The notes under the pieces are model-generated. The model saw only the letters and a program-made list of their open reading frames with translations, was not told the DNA's origin and did no database searches. The position numbers and the translations under genes were made by a program. Below are positions 12,075-25,870 of a DNA stretch of 64,000 nucleotides, one piece after another. Source of the stretch: Mobula hypostoma (lineage: Eukaryota); assembly GCF_963921235.1 (NCBI RefSeq), contig NC_086100.1, forward strand, positions 198,712,001 to 198,776,000, read 5' to 3'. Positions within the stretch are counted from its first letter, which is position 1. Every line of letters starts with the position of its first letter.

Positions 12075-14745
12075 CTTTTAAGGTTCCCTGTGTTTCTCCC
12101 TCTTACTGTACCTACTGTAGTAAATGACTGCTGTGTGTCCTTCATGCCGGATGTCAGAGTCTCCCTGGGAACTACATCTGCATAAAACGCATCCAGCTGG
12201 AGCGCCTTGCAGACCGTGTTCGGGATCTGGAGCAGCAGCTGGATGACCTTCGACTTATATGGGAGAGTGAGGAGACAGTCAATCAGAGTTACAGGGAAGT
12301 AGTCACCAATGCTGAAGAGATTGCTTTTCAGAGCAGTTTGTCGTTGAGCCTACAAGGGAATCAGCTATACTGGATTGGGTGTTATGTAATGAACTGGAGG
12401 TGATTAGGGAGCTTAAGGTAAAGGAACCTTTAGGAACCAGTGATCACAATATGTTTGAGTTCAGCTTGAAATTTGATAGGGAGAAAGTAAAGTCTGATGT
12501 AGCAGTATTTCAGTTGAGTAAGGGAAATTACAGTGGTATGAGAGAGGAGTTGGCCAAAGTAAATTGGAAGGAGCTACTGGCAGGGATGTCAGCAGAGCAG
12601 CAATGGTGTGTGTTTCTGGGAAAAATGAGGAAGATGCAGGACACATGTATTCCAAAAACAAAGAAATACTCAAATGGCATAAAAGTACAACCGTGGCTGA
12701 CAAGGGAAGTTAAAGCTAATGTAAAAAGAAAAGAGAGGGCATAAAACAAAGCAAAAATTAGTGGTAAGACAGAGGATTGGGAAGCTTTTACAAACCTACA
12801 GAGAGCAACGGAAAGCATTAGGAGGGAAAAGATGAAATATGAAAGCAAGCTAGCAAACAATATCAAAGTGGATACTAAAATCTTTTTCAGGTATGTAAAA
12901 AATAAAAGAGAGATGAGAGTGGATATAGGACCGCTAGAAAATGAGGCCGGAGAAATAACAATAATAAAACAAGGAGATGGCAGAGGAACTGAATGAGTAT
13001 TTTGCATCAGTCTTCACTGTGGAAGACACTAGCAGTGTGCCAGATGTTGAAGGGTGTGAGGAAAGAGAAGGTACTATTACAAGGGAGAAGGTGCTCAAAA
13101 AGCTGAAAGACTTCAGGGTACATAAGTCACCCAGACCAGATGAACTGCACCCCAGGGTTCTGAAAGAGGTAGTGTTAGAGATTGTGGTGGCATTAGAAAT
13201 AATCTTTCATAAATCATTGGACTCTAGCAGGGTATCAGAGGTCTGGAAAATTGCAAATATCATTCCACTCTTTAATAAAGGAGGAAGGCAGCAGAAAGGA
13301 AATTACAGACCAGTTAGCCTGACCTCTGTGCTTGGGAAGATGTTGGAGTCAATTGTCAAAGATGAGTTGATGGAGTACTTGTGACACAGAACAAGATGGG
13401 ACAAAGTCAGCATGGTTTCCTTAAGGGAAAATCCTGCCTGTCGAATCTGTTGGAATTCCTTAATGAGATTACAAGTAGGATAAAGGATGTTGTATATTTG
13501 GACTTTCAGAAGGCCTTTGACAAGGTGCCACACATGAGGCAGCTTGCCAAGTTAAGAGCCCATGGTATTACAGGGAAGTTACTAACATGGTTAGAGCATT
13601 GGCTGATTGGCAGGAGGCAGCGAGTGGGAATAAAAGGATCATTTTCTGCAACACACATAAAAGTTGCTGGTGAACGCAGCAGGCCAGGCAGCATCTCTAG
13701 GAAGAGGTGCAGTTGACGTTTCAGGCCAAGACCCTTCGTAAGGAGGTTGGCTGTGAGTGGCTAGTGGTGTTCCACAGGGGTCAGTGTTAGGACTGCTTCT
13801 TCTTATGTGTATATAAGTGATTTAGATGATGGAATAGATGGCTTTGTTGCCATGTTTGCAGATGATACGAAGATCAGTGGAAGGCCAGGTAGTGTTGAGG
13901 AAACAAATAAGCTGCAGAAGGACTTAGACAGATTAGGCAAATGGTAAGAAAGTGGCAAATGAAATGCAATGTTGGAAAATGCATGGTCATGCACTTTGGT
14001 AGTAGAAATAAATGTGTGGACTATTTTCTAAATGGGAAGAAAATCCAAAAATCTGAGATGCAAATGGACTTGAGAATCTTTGTGCAGAACACCCAAAATG
14101 TTAACTTGCAGGTTGAGTTGATGGTGAGGAAGGCAAATGCAATGTTGGCATTCATTTCAAGAGGCCTGGAATACAAGGGCAGGGATGTGATGCTGAGGCG
14201 TTATAAGGTACTGGTGAGGCCTCACCTTGAGTATTTTGAACAATTCTGGACTCCTCATCTGAGAAAAGATGTGCTGGCATTGGAGAGGGTTCAGAGGAGG
14301 TTCACAAGGATAATTCCAGGAATGAAAGGGTCTGTACTCGTTGGAATTCAGAAGGATGAGGGGGGATCTCGTTGCAACCTTTTGAATGTTGAAAGGCCTA
14401 GACAGAGTAGATGTGGAAAGGATGTTTCTCATGTTGGGGGAGTCTAGGACAAGAGGGCACAGCCTCAGGATAGAGGAGTGTCCATTTAGAACAGAGATGT
14501 GGAGAAATTTCTTTAGCCAGTGGGTGGAGAATTTGTGGAATGTATTACCATAGGCATCGGTGAAGGCCAGGTCATTGGGTATATTTAAAGTGGAGCTTAA
14601 TAGGTTCTACATTGGACTCGGCATCAAAGATAAGGGGAGAAGACCGAGGAATGGAGTTGAGGAGAGGTAAATAGGATCAGCCATGATTGAATGGTGGAGC
14701 AGTCTCGATAGGCCAAATGGCCTAATTCTGCTCCTATGTCTTATG
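12075..14745 (+). mobile_element. Degenerate CR1 LINE (ORF1 N-terminal remnant and fragmented ORF2)
   Basis: [58 protein letters not shown] and a tcttatgg tail. Confidence 0.88.
13648..13744 (-). mobile_element. Penelope-type terminal fragment with hammerhead motif, inserted in CR1
   Basis: Reverse complement CTTACGA-AGGGTCTTGGCCT-GAAACGTC-AACTG. Interrupts CR1 at ttttct|ggttggctg. Confidence 0.75.
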
Positions 14746-14749
14746 GTCT

Positions 14750-15045
14750 TATGTTTAACAAGGGGACATAATTTTAAGGTGCTTGGAAGCAGGTACAAGG
14801 GGGATGTCAGGGGTAAGTTTTTCACACAGAGAGTGCTGGGTGCGTGGAATGCACTGCCAGTGACGGTGGTAGAGCTGGATACAGTAGGGTCTTTTAAGAG
14901 ACTCTTAGATAGGTACATGGAGTAAAGAAGCATAGAGGTCTATGCGGTAGGGAAATTCTAGGCAGTTTCTAGAGTAGGTTACATGGTCAGCACAGCATTG
15001 TGGGCCAAAGGGCCTATAATGTGCTGTAGATTTCTATGTTCTATG
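14750..15045 (+). mobile_element. CR1 3' end
   Basis: TRGHNFKV...FFTQRVLGAWNALP and a ttctatgttctatg tail. Confidence 0.8.
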
Positions 15046-15054
15046 ATACAAAGG

Positions 15055-15685
15055 ACCATAAGACATAGGAACAGAATTAGGCCTTCTGGCCCAAACTGTC
15101 TGCTCTGCCATTCCATCATGGCTGATTTATTATCCCTCTCAACCCGATTTTCCTGCCTTCTCCCTGTAACCTATGGTGCCCTGACTAATCAGGAAGCCAT
15201 CACCCTCTACTTTAAATACACCCAATGACCTGGCATCCACGGCCATCTGTGGCGATGAATTCCACAGTTTCACAGTCGTCAGGCTAAAGAAATTCTTCCT
15301 CATCTTTGTTCTAAAGGGACATCCCTCTTTTCTGAGGCAATGCCCTCTGGTCCTAGACTCCCCCACTATAGGAATCATCCTCTGCACATCTACTCTATCT
15401 AGCCCTTTCAATATTCTTTAGGTTTCAATGAGACCCCCCCCCCCCGCCTTCTAAACTTCAGGGAGTCCAGACCCTCTGCAATGCCAGCACATCCTCTCTT
15501 AGATAAGGGTCCCAAAACTGCTCACAATATTCCAAGTGTAGTCTCACCAATGCCTTAAAGACTGAGCATTACATCTTAGCTTCTCTATTCTAGTCCTCTC
15601 AAAATGGATGCTAACATTGCATTTGCCTTCCTCACCACCAACTCAACCTGCAATCTAACCTTTCAGGAATCCTGCACAAGGACCT
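15055..15685 (-). mobile_element. CR1 3' fragment
   Basis: Minus-strand MKGLDRVDV..M.P.VGESRTRGH...NFFS...LWNS.P and tail. Confidence 0.8.
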
Positions 15686-15913
15686 GGTGGTGCCCGTGTC
15701 CATGTCTACCTCCCTGAAAGGAATGGATGGGGCAGTGAGAGGGGTGCTTGGTGCACTTGCCTTCATTGCTAAGACAGTGAAGTATAGTTAGGACATCTCC
15801 TTCTCTCTTCCAAACTTTCTCATTCACTCTTTCCTTCTGTCTTCCCTCTCTCTCTCTGCACCTCCCTCTCCCTGACCCACCCTCTCTCCCACTTCTTCCC
15901 TCTCTCCCCTGTT

Positions 15914-16380
15914 CAGACATCCCACCTCTCCCGGAAGTTCCGGGAGTCTCCCGCATGTTGATAGCAGCTCCCTGATGCCCGCAAATTATGTACAATATCC
16001 CGGAAATCGATTTTTTTGAAAGCAAGCGAGAGAGAGAGAGCACGCGCCATGGCAGAGTGTTCCAAAAAAAGAAAATGTAAAACGTACGTCACCCCAGACT
16101 ACACTAAAGTGTACCCCTGCCTAATAGGGGTCAAAAATAATGACAGTGTTGCTCGCTGCACTGTTTGCAACAGTGACTTTTCTATTGCCCATGGTGGGTT
16201 AAAATGTAAAAGACATGTTGAGGTGAGTTTAACAGGTGTCATTCGTTCATTAGCATCGCTAATGTTATTTTAACTAGCTGGCCAGCTGCAAAGGAGCTAC
16301 TCTATTGCAGACATCCCACCTCTCCCGGAAATTGATGGTGCTACCTCCCTGAAATGAGTTTTTGCAGGGTGGGATGTCTG
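15914..16380 (+). mobile_element. Internally deleted hAT-like DNA transposon with a BED zinc-finger exon
   Basis: Inverted termini cagacatcccacc / ggtgggatgtctg. ORF MAECSKKRKCKTY...ARCTVCNSDFSIAHGG..CKRH (BED-like) followed by GAG|gtgagt. No clean 8-bp TSD. Confidence 0.75.
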
Positions 16381-16730
16381 CCTCCTGCTCCCTCCACCTC
16401 TCTCTCCTCATCCATCTCTCCTTTCTCCACTCTGTCCCTCCTCCCCTCTCTCTCTTCTTCTCTCTGTCTCTCTCTCATCTCTCCCTCTCATTCTCACTTC
16501 CTCATTTCTCTCTCCCATCCATTCCTCCCTACCCTCCTCTTTCTCCCCCTTTATCACGTTCTCTCCCTATAAATCCCTCTTTCACTCCCCCCATATCTGT
16601 CTTCCACCCTGTCACTTCTCTTTTTCTTCTCCCTTACTCACCCTCTCCCACTCTCTGTCTCTGTCACATCTGTCTCTCTCACCCCTATCTCTGTCCCTGT
16701 GTCTCCGTCCCCTTGTCCCTGTCCCCGTGA
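16381..16730. repeat. CT-rich low-complexity tract
   Basis: Polypyrimidine strand, simple sequence. Confidence 0.8.
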
Positions 16731-17054
16731 CTTTCTCACCCCGCCAGTGACCCACACACTGGACTCTGCTACCACCCTCTGGTGCTCTTGTTACAATGCA
16801 GCCTGTCCAGCACCTCAGAATCAGGTTGAATATTACGTTGTGAAATCTGTTGTCTTGCAGTACAGTACAATCAAGTGGCTGCCTGAATTAGATGCATTTT
16901 CATGGAAATAATTAAAAAGGTATAAAAAAGACAAGCTGCTGTTTAACTGAGTGACAAATTATATATTAAAATGAAATACAGAACAAATTAGATACTGGTA
17001 AATACAATAAGACTGGTATTAGTCTCTAATAGTTATCAATGGAAAAATTAATTC

Positions 17055-17575
17055 AGTGTACACTGCCGTGTATGGGGGTCCAGTGTGGGGGTAGTATTTC
17101 TGGTGTCGTGTCCGCTCTGGGACAGCTCACTCACCCTTGGTCCCCACCAGACACTCAGCTCTCACCACCTGTGGCTCCAAGTAGCTGTTTGCATCGGACA
17201 GCGGCCACACCCCGGTGCAGCACTTCGACAGGTGGGCTAAACCAGGTGAGGGTAGCCAGCAGACCTCTGTTGAGACAGGGACTGACTGTCCTACCATATG
17301 TAGTCAGCTCCAGCAGACTGGGCAGGTTAGGTCGACAGTGAAATCCAATGCCCAGGAAAGTGGTTCTGCAGTGCTCTGTGGAAAGCACAGGGCAGGACTC
17401 AGGGTCATCCAGTGCAACCAAGGAAGAACCCAGACGTGACAACTACTCATACCAATAGACCTGGACTTCTGAGGTCGAGAGAGTGGAACTGTCCCAGTGT
17501 AATGACTTTTCCACCTTTAAATACCCTCCCACACAGATTTCACTGTCTTCATTGGATGTGATGGACAACCAACAC
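17055..17575 (+). mobile_element. Unclassified ~500-bp non-autonomous interspersed repeat (second copy at 39825-40330, minus strand)
   Basis: Collinear similarity with the reverse complement of 39825-40330 (gctctcacc...ggctcc...gacagcggcc...cttcgacagg...gggctaa...gagagagtg.aactg.cccag...cttttc.ac.ttaaa). Confidence 0.7.
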
Positions 17576-17679
17576 ATTGCTGTGTTCTTTTGATTGACTG
17601 TAAATGAACGAAGTTAGCACAGACACCTAACGGACAAATTTCTACTGATGTACTACAATGAGCTTTCTAACTGGTCGCA

Positions 17680-18135
17680 TCACCACCTGGGATGGACGGG
17701 CACCTGCACAGGATCAGAAAAAAACTGCGGAAAATTGCAAACAGTCAGTTCCATCACGAGCACTAGCCTCCCTATCATCAAGGACATCTTCAAAAGGGGA
17801 TGTCTCAATCTATCTTTAAGGACACACTTCACCCAGGACATGCCCTCTTCTCATTGCTACCATCAAGGAGAAGGTGCAGGAGCAACATGAATTCTTTGTC
17901 CATTCAGAATCTGGATGGCAGAGGGGATGAATCTGTTCTTGAAACGATGAACGTGTGTGGCTTCCGGCTCCTGCACCTCCTCCCTGATGGTGGCAATGAG
18001 AAGAGGGCATGTCCTGGGTGATGGGGTCCTCACTGATGGATGCTCCCTTTTTGAGGCATCGCCTTTTGAAGGTGACCTTGATGCTGGGGCGACTAGTGCC
18101 CATGGGATGCAGTGCTAGCCGGAGTGCACCAGAGT
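17680..18135. mobile_element. Two Rex1/Babar 3' fragments in opposite orientation
   Basis: cacccaggacatgccctcttctcattgctaccatca on the + strand (~17830) and its inverse (~17985-18025). Confidence 0.7.
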
Positions 18136-18199
18136 GCATCAGTCACCTCTTTAAGAAAAAAGCCGAAATAAACAAGCTAATTAATTAGGTGCTGCCCAG

Positions 18200-18370
18200 G
18201 ATGATTTGAGTATCTCAGAAACTGCTGGCCTCCTGGGATATATACGCACAACAGACTCTGGAGTTTACAAAGAATGGTGCCAAAAACAGAAAAAAAAACA
18301 TCCAGCAAGTGGATTTAACAAGATGTTTTCGCTCACAGAACAGCCACTCGCTGGATGTTTTTTTGTAAAG
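18200..18370. mobile_element. Tc1-like fragment with local fold-back inversion
   Basis: tttgagtatctcagaaactgctg... as at 11353. aaaaaacatccagc.agtgg is mirrored by ccactcgctggatgttttttt. Confidence 0.6.
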
Positions 18371-18894
18371 TAGAACCGGCTCGCTGGAGCTGGTGGTGGG
18401 GGTGGGGGGGGGTCTTCCCCACCCCGCTAAGTCACTCACGGAGGTGGTGAGTGGCTGTGCAGTGAGAGAGGGAAGTGTGAGCATTGGGAGGGGAACGTCT
18501 GGAAAGGGGAGGGGGAAGGGGAAGGAAAAGGAAGGAATGGAGGAGGGATAAAGGACTGAGAGAACAGCTGAGAGGATCATAGGGGTCTCCCTCCCATCCA
18601 TCGGGGACATTTATCAGGAACACTGCATCTGCGGGGCCCTTAGGATTAATGAGGGTCCCACCCATCAATCCAGAATCCTCTTTAACTTTCTACCATCAGG
18701 CAGGAGACTCTGATGCAAAAAGACAAGAACGGTTAGAATGAGAAACAAGAGAAATGAGAAATTCTTACTTTCCTAAGTTATTGTGCGTTATATGTGTGTT
18801 ATGTGCACTACTGTGCCTTACACCCTGGTTCAGAGAAACGTCTCATCTGACCTTATACATTATATCGTTAAATGACAATGAATTTGATTTGTAT

Positions 18895-20930
18895 GGACAA
18901 GGGAGGTGCTGGAGTGCTTGCAGGACTACTTTGAGCCGGCAGACTGGATCTTCGAGCCCGGGTGAGTATGCCGCAGTTGTCACCGACTTCATTAAAACCT
19001 GTGTGGATGAGTGTGTGTCTATGAGGACTTACTGTACGTTCCCAAACCAAAGCCATGGATGGACAAGAAGGTTTGTCGTCTACTGAGGGTCTGCGCCATT
19101 CAAGTCTGGAGACCCAGGAATATACAAGAAGAACAGGTATGACCTATGATGCTACCTCAAGAGCAACAGAACAATTTCAAATGAAGTGGGAGGTGGAATT
19201 GGATGCGTGTCAACTCTGACACGGTTTGCAGGTCGTTACTTCCTTCAAGCAAAACCCAACATCATGAACGGCAGTGATGCTTCACTTCCAGACAAGCTCA
19301 GTGCCTTCTATGCTCACTTTGAAAGGGGAATAAAACTACAGCTATGAGGATCCCCACAGCATCCGGTGACCCTGTGATCTCTGTCTCAGAGGCCAATGTC
19401 TGGCTGTCTTTCAAGAGGGTGACCCTCGCAAGGCAGAAGCCCCCGATGGAGTAAGGCTCTGAAAACTTGTGACTGTGTTCAAAAACATTTCCAACCTCTC
19501 ACTGCTACGGCCGGAAGTTCCCACTTGCTTCAAAAAGGCAACAATTGTACCAGTGCCGAAGAAGAATAATGTAAGCTGCCTTAATGACTATCGCCCGGTA
19601 GCACTCACTTTGACAGTGATGAAATGCTTTGAGAGGTTGGTCATGACTAGACTGAACTCCTGCCTCAGCAAGGACCTGGACCCACTGCAATTACCCTATC
19701 GCCACAATAGGTCAACAGCAGATGCAATCTCAATGGCTCTTCACGCAGCTTAAGACCACCTGGACAACACTAACACCTATGTCAAGATGCTGTTCATCGA
19801 CTACAGCTCAGCATTTAACACCATCATTCCCACAATCTTGATTGAGAAGTTACAGAACCTGGGCCTCTGGACCTCCTTCTTCAATTGGATCCTCGACTTC
19901 ATAACCGGAAGACCACAATCTGTGCGGATTGGTGATAATATATCCTCCTCGCTGACGATCAACACTAGTACACCTCAGGAGTGTGTGCTTAGCCCACCGC
20001 TCTACTCTCTATATACCCATAATTGTGTGGCTAGGCATAGCTCAAATATCATCTATAAATTTGCTGACGATACAACCATTGTTGGTAGAATCTCGGATGA
20101 GAATGAAAGGGTGTACAGGAGCAAGATATGCCAACTAGTGGAGTGGTGTCACAGCGACAACCTGGTACTCAACGTCAGTAAGATGAAAGAGCTGATTGTG
20201 GACTTCAGGAAGGGTAAGATGAAGGAACACATACCAATCCTCATAGAGGGATCAGAAGTGGAGAGAGTGAGCAGTTTCAAGTTTCTGGGTGTCAGGATCT
20301 CTGAGGACCTAACCTGTTCCCAACATATCCATGTAGTTATAAAGAAGGCAAGACAGCGCCTATACTTCATTAGGAGTTTAAAGAGATTTGGCATGTCAAC
20401 AAACACACTCAAAAACTTCTATAGATGTACTGTGGAGAGCATTCTGACAGGCTGCATCACTGTCTGGTATGGGGGTGGGGGGCTACTGAACAGGATCAAA
20501 AGAGGTGCAGAAGGTTGTAAATTTAGTCAGCTCCATCTTGGGAACTAGCCTATAAAGTACCCAGGACATCTTCAAGGAGCAGTGTCTCAGAAAGGCAGCA
20601 TCTATTAAGGATCTTCAGCACCCAGGGCGTGCCCTTTTCTCGCTGTTACCATCAGGTAGGAGATACAGAAGCCTGAAGGCACACACTCAGCGATTCAGGA
20701 ACAGCTTCTTCCCCTCTGCCATCCGATTCCTAAATGGACATTGAACCCGTGAACACTACCTCACTTTTTAATTTGTATTATTTCCGTTTTCGCACTATTT
20801 TTAATCTATTGAATACACATATATTGTAATTTATTTATTTTTCTTCTAGATTATGCATTGCATTGAACTGCTGCTGCTAAGTTAACAAATTTCATGACAC
20901 ATGCCGGTGATAATAAACCTGATTCGGATC
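18895..20930 (+). mobile_element. Rex1/Babar LINE, long degenerate copy
   Basis: [59 protein letters not shown] and a gataataaacctgatt tail. Confidence 0.92.
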
Positions 20931-20934
20931 CTGA

Positions 20935-22230
20935 TTCATTGCTGCAGTCGGAAGTTTCCACCTGCTTCAAGAGGGCAACAGTTATACCTGTGCCCAAGAA
21001 CAGCATGCTGAACTGCCTTAAAGACTATTGTCCAATAGCACGTACATCTACAGTGATGCAATGCTTTGACAGGTAGGTCTCAGCAATGACCTGGACCCAC
21101 TGCAATTTGCCACAATAGGTCTACAGTGGATGCAATATCATTGGCTCTTCACGTGGATCATCTGGACAATACAAATACCTATGTCAGGATGCCGTTTATT
21201 AACGACAGCTCAGCGTTTAACAAATTCTTCCTGCAGTCCTGATCGAAAAGCCCCAAAATCTGGGCCTCTGTACCTCCTTCTGCAACTGGATCTTTGACTT
21301 TCTCCCTGGAAAACCACAAACTGGGCAGATCAGAAATAACACCTCCGCCTCACTGACAATCAACACTGGCGCCCTTCGAGGGTGTGAGCTTAGCCCACTG
21401 CTCTCCTCTCTCTACACCCACGGCTGTGTGGCTAGGCACAACTCAAGAGCCATCTATAAATTTGCTGATGACACAACTGTTGTTGGCAGAATTTCAGATA
21501 GTGACGAGAGGCTGTACAGGAGTGAGATAGATCACCTCGTTGAGTGATAATACAACAATGGCCTTGCACTCAATGTCAGCTAGACCAAAGGACTGAATGT
21601 GGACTTCAGAAAAGGTAAGCTGAGGGAACGTGCACCAGTCCTCATAGAGGGATCAGAAGTGGAGAGAGTGAGCAGTTTCAAGTTTCTGGGTGTCAGGATC
21701 TCTGAGGATCTAACCTGGGACCAACATATCGTGCAGCTACAGAGAAGGCACAACAGCAGCTATATCTCATTCGGAGTTTGAGGAGATTTGGTATGTCATC
21801 AAAGACACTCGCAAATTTCTACAGATGTGGAGAGCATTCGAACTGGTTGCATCACTGTTTGGTCTAGAGGGGGAGGTGGTGGTGGCTACAGCACAGGATC
21901 AAAATAAGCCACCGAGCGTTGTAAGCTTAGTTAGCTCCGTCATGGCTATCAGCCTCCGTAGTACCCAAGACATCTTCAAGGAGCGGTGCCTCAAAAAGGC
22001 GGTCTCCATCCTTAAGGACCCCATCACCAAGGAGATGCCCTGTTCTCATTGCTAACATCAGGTAGGAGGTACAGAAGCTTGAAGGCACACACACAGCAAT
22101 TCAGGAACAGCTCCTTCCCCTCGGTTATCTAATTCCTAAATGGACATTGAACCCTTGGACACTACCTCACTACTTTTTTTATTTTTAAATTTTTATTTTT
22201 CTTTAACTATTTTATATACTGTATATATAC
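20935..22230 (+). mobile_element. Second Rex1/Babar copy immediately in tandem
   Basis: Same motifs (TCFKRATVIPVPK, FADD, DFRKGK...[15 protein letters not shown]), more degenerate. The tail resumes at ~23705-23810. Confidence 0.85.
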
Positions 22231-22239
22231 TTAGATTTT

Positions 22240-23703
22240 GGCATTGTATCGGATGACCGGAAGATTGCAAATGTTACTCCGCTATTTAAGAAGGGTGGGA
22301 GGCAGCAGAAAGGAAACTATAGACCTGTTAGCCTGACATCAGTGGTTGGGAAGTTGTTGGAACCGATTGTTAGGGATGAGATTATGGAGTACCTGGAGGC
22401 ACATGACAAGATAGGCCAAAGCCAGCATGGTTTCCTGAAAGGAAAATCCTGCTCGACAAACCTACCACAATTCTTTGAGGAAATTACAAGCAGGATAGAC
22501 AAAGGAGATGCAGTAGACGAGGTGTACTTGGATTTTCAGAAGGCCTTTGACAAAGTGCTGCACATAAGGCTGCTTAGCAAGATAAGAGCCCATGGAATGA
22601 CAAGGGAGTTACTAGCATGGTTGGAGCATTGGCTGGTTGGCTGAAAACAGAGAGTGGGAATAAAGGGATCCTATTCTGGCTGGCTAGCAGTTACCAGTGG
22701 AGTTCCATGGGGGTCAGTGTTGGAACCGCTGCTTTTTACGATGTATGTCAATGATTTGGACTATGGGATTAATGGATTTGTGGCTAAATTTCTCGATGAT
22801 ACAAAGATAGGTGGAGGAGCGGATCGTGTTGAGGAAACAGAGAGCCTGCTGAGAGATTTAGATAGTTTAGGGGAATGGGCAAAGAAGTGACAAATGAAAC
22901 AAAATGTTGGAAAGTGTATGGTCGTGCATTTTGGTGGAAGAAATAAATGCACAGACATTATTTCGATGGGGAGAGAATTCAAAATGCAGAGGTGCAAAGG
23001 GACTTGGGAGTTCTTGTGCAGGATACCCTAAAGGTTAACCTCCAGGTTGAGTTAGTTGTGAAAAAGGCAAATGCAATGTTGACATTCATTTCTAGAGGTA
23101 TAGAATATAAGAGCAGGGATGTGATGTTGAGGCTCTATAAGGCACTCATGAGACAACACATGGAGTAATGTGTGCAGTTTTGGGCTCCTTAGTTTAGAAA
23201 AGATATACAGTACTGACATTGGAGAGGTCCAGGAATGAAAGGGTTACCATATGAGGAATGTCTGGCAGCTCTTGGGCTGTATTCCCTGGAGTTCAAGAGA
23301 ATAAGGGGAGATCTCTTAGAAATATTCTGAATGTTAAAAGGCCTGAACAGACTAGAAATAGCAAAGTTATTTCCCACGGTAGGGGAGTCTAGGACAAGAG
23401 GGCAAAACTTCAGGGCTGAAGATTGTCTATTTAGAACTGAGATGCGGAGAAATTACTTTAGTCAGAGGGTGGTAAGTCTGTGGAATTTATTGCCACAAGC
23501 GGCTGTGGAGGCCAAGTCATTGGGTGTATTTAAGGCAGAGATAGACAGGTATTTGATTAGCCAGGGCATCGAAAGGTATGGGGTGAAAGTAGGGGAGTGG
23601 GGATGACTGGAAGAATTGGATCAGCCCATGATTGAATGGCGGAGCAGACTCGATGGGCTGAATGGCCTACTTCTGCTCCTGTATCTTATAGTCTTATGGT
23701 CTT
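22240..23703 (+). mobile_element. Degenerate CR1 LINE inserted in the Rex1 3' UTR
   Basis: QHGFLKGKSC, LDFQKAFDKV, GVP.GSVL.P and NYFSQRVV.LWN.LP, with a cttatggtcttat tail. Confidence 0.88.
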
Positions 23704-24309
23704 ATTGCAATTCATGTTTCTTTTCCTTCATATCATTTATCACACTGAATGCTGCCGCAAAACAACAAATTTCACAATGTACCCCGGTGATAATAAACCT
23801 GATTCTGACAATGAAACTAAAACTCTTAAACTTGTATCAGGTTTTCCAGAGAAAACAACCCAAGGTCGTCCAGCGTCTTCTCACAGCACCTGCCCTCTAC
23901 TCCAGGCACCATCCTGGTGAACTTCTGCACTTCCTTCCTATGATGGGGAGACTGCATGGGAAAGTTTGCAGTGCGAAGAGCACTATATGAATGTACACGG
24001 CATTTGAAAGTTGTACAAGTTTTAGTAGGAAGGAAGTTCAGGGCGGGGAATCCTGGCGCAGACCAAGTGCATTCTTGCGTGGTTATTAATAACCACAGTG
24101 TGTTCATGGTGCATTGTTATCCTGGGGAAGGGGCACAGCAGAAATGTCACAGACATTGTTAGGATGTCTATAACACAAGCCTGGTGTTTCATGCCCTCCC
24201 CATTGCCCATGCGGAAGGGTACCTGAGACAATGAGCACAGAAAAAGATCCTTCGTCCAACACATCACTGCCAACCTGTCTGAATGGTAAAAATGATTAGA
24301 TTTATTTGT

Positions 24310-25870
24310 CATTGAGAGAAGGAGGGGTTCATAGAGATGGGGAGGGGGTTCAGAGATGGGGATGGTCACAGAGATGGGGAGAGGTGTAGGGGACAGAAGG
24401 GTTTACAGAGACAGGAAGCGGGGGTCAGAGAGGGGGATGGTCACAGAGACTTAGAAAGGTGTAGGGTACAGATGGGGTTTACAGAGACAGGGAGGGGTGT
24501 AGGGGATGGAGGGAGTTACAGAGACAAGGAGGTGTGTAGGGGATGGAGGGGTTACAGAGACAGGGAGGGGTGTAGGGGATGGAGGGGTTACAGAGACAGG
24601 GAAGGGTGTAGGGATGGAGGGTGTTACAGAGACAGGGAGGGGAGTGGGGGATGGAGGGGGTTACAGAGACGGGGAGGGGTGTAGGGGCCGGAGGGGGTTA
24701 CAGAGACAGGGAGGGGTGTAGGGATGGAGGGTGTTACAGAGACAGGGAGGGGTGTAGGGGATGGAGAAGGGTTACGGAGATGGGGAGGGGTGTAGGGGAT
24801 GGAGGGGGTTACAGAGACAGGGAGGGATGGAGGGGTTACAGAGACAGGGAGGGGTGTAGGGATGGAGGGTGTTACAGAGGCAGGGAGGGGAGTAGGGGAT
24901 GGAGGGGGTTACAGAGACGGGGAGGGGTGTAGGGGCCGGAGGGGGTTACAGAGACAGAGAGGGGTGTAGGGATGGAGGGTGTTACAGAGACAGGGAGGGG
25001 TGTAGGGGATGGAGAGGGTTACAGAGACAGGGAGGGATGGAGGGGTTACAGAGACAGGGAGGGGTGTAGGGGCCGGAGGGGATTACAGAGACAGGGAGGG
25101 GTGTAGGGGCTGGAGGGGGTTAAAGAGACGGGAGGGGAGTAGGGGACGGAGGGGGTTACAGAGACAGGGAGGGGTGTAGGGGATGGAGAAGGGTTACGGA
25201 GACGGGGAGGGGTGTAGGGGATGGAGGGGGTTACAGAGACAGGGAGGGATGGAGGGGTTACAGAGACAGGGAGGGGTGTAGGGATGGAGGGTGTTACAGA
25301 GGCAGGGAGGGGAGTAGGGGATGGAGGGGGTTACAGAGACGGGGAGGGGTGTAGGGGCCGGAGGGGGTTACAGAGACAGAGAGGGGTGTAGGGATGGAGG
25401 GTGTTACAGAGACAGGGAGGGGTGTAGGGGATGGAGGGGGTTACAGAGACAGGGAGGGATGGAGGGGTTTCAGAGACAGGGAGGGGTGTAGGGGCCGGAG
25501 GGGATTACAGAGACAGGGAGGGGTGTAGGGGTTGAAGGGAATTAAAGAGACGGGAGGGGAGTAGGGGATGGAGGGGGTTACAGAGACAGGGAGGGGTGTA
25601 GGGACTGGAGGGGGTTACAGAGACAGGGAGGGGTGTAGGGATGGAGGGTGTTACAGAGACGGGGAGGGGTGTAGGGGATGGAGGGGGTTACAGAGACAGG
25701 GAGGGGTGTAGGGGATGGAGGGTGTTACAGAGACGGGGAGGGGTGTAGGGGATGGAGGGGGTTACAGAGACAGGGAGGGGTGTAGGGGATGGAGGGGGTT
25801 ACAGAGACGGAGTGGTGCAGGGGTCAGAGGAGGTGACAGAGACAGGAGGGGTCACAGAGAAGGGGATGGT
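24310..25870. repeat. G-rich ~36-bp minisatellite (ggagggggttacagagacagggaggggtgtaggggat), ~40 units
   Basis: Direct tandem units with several G3-G5 runs per unit. Confidence 0.95.
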
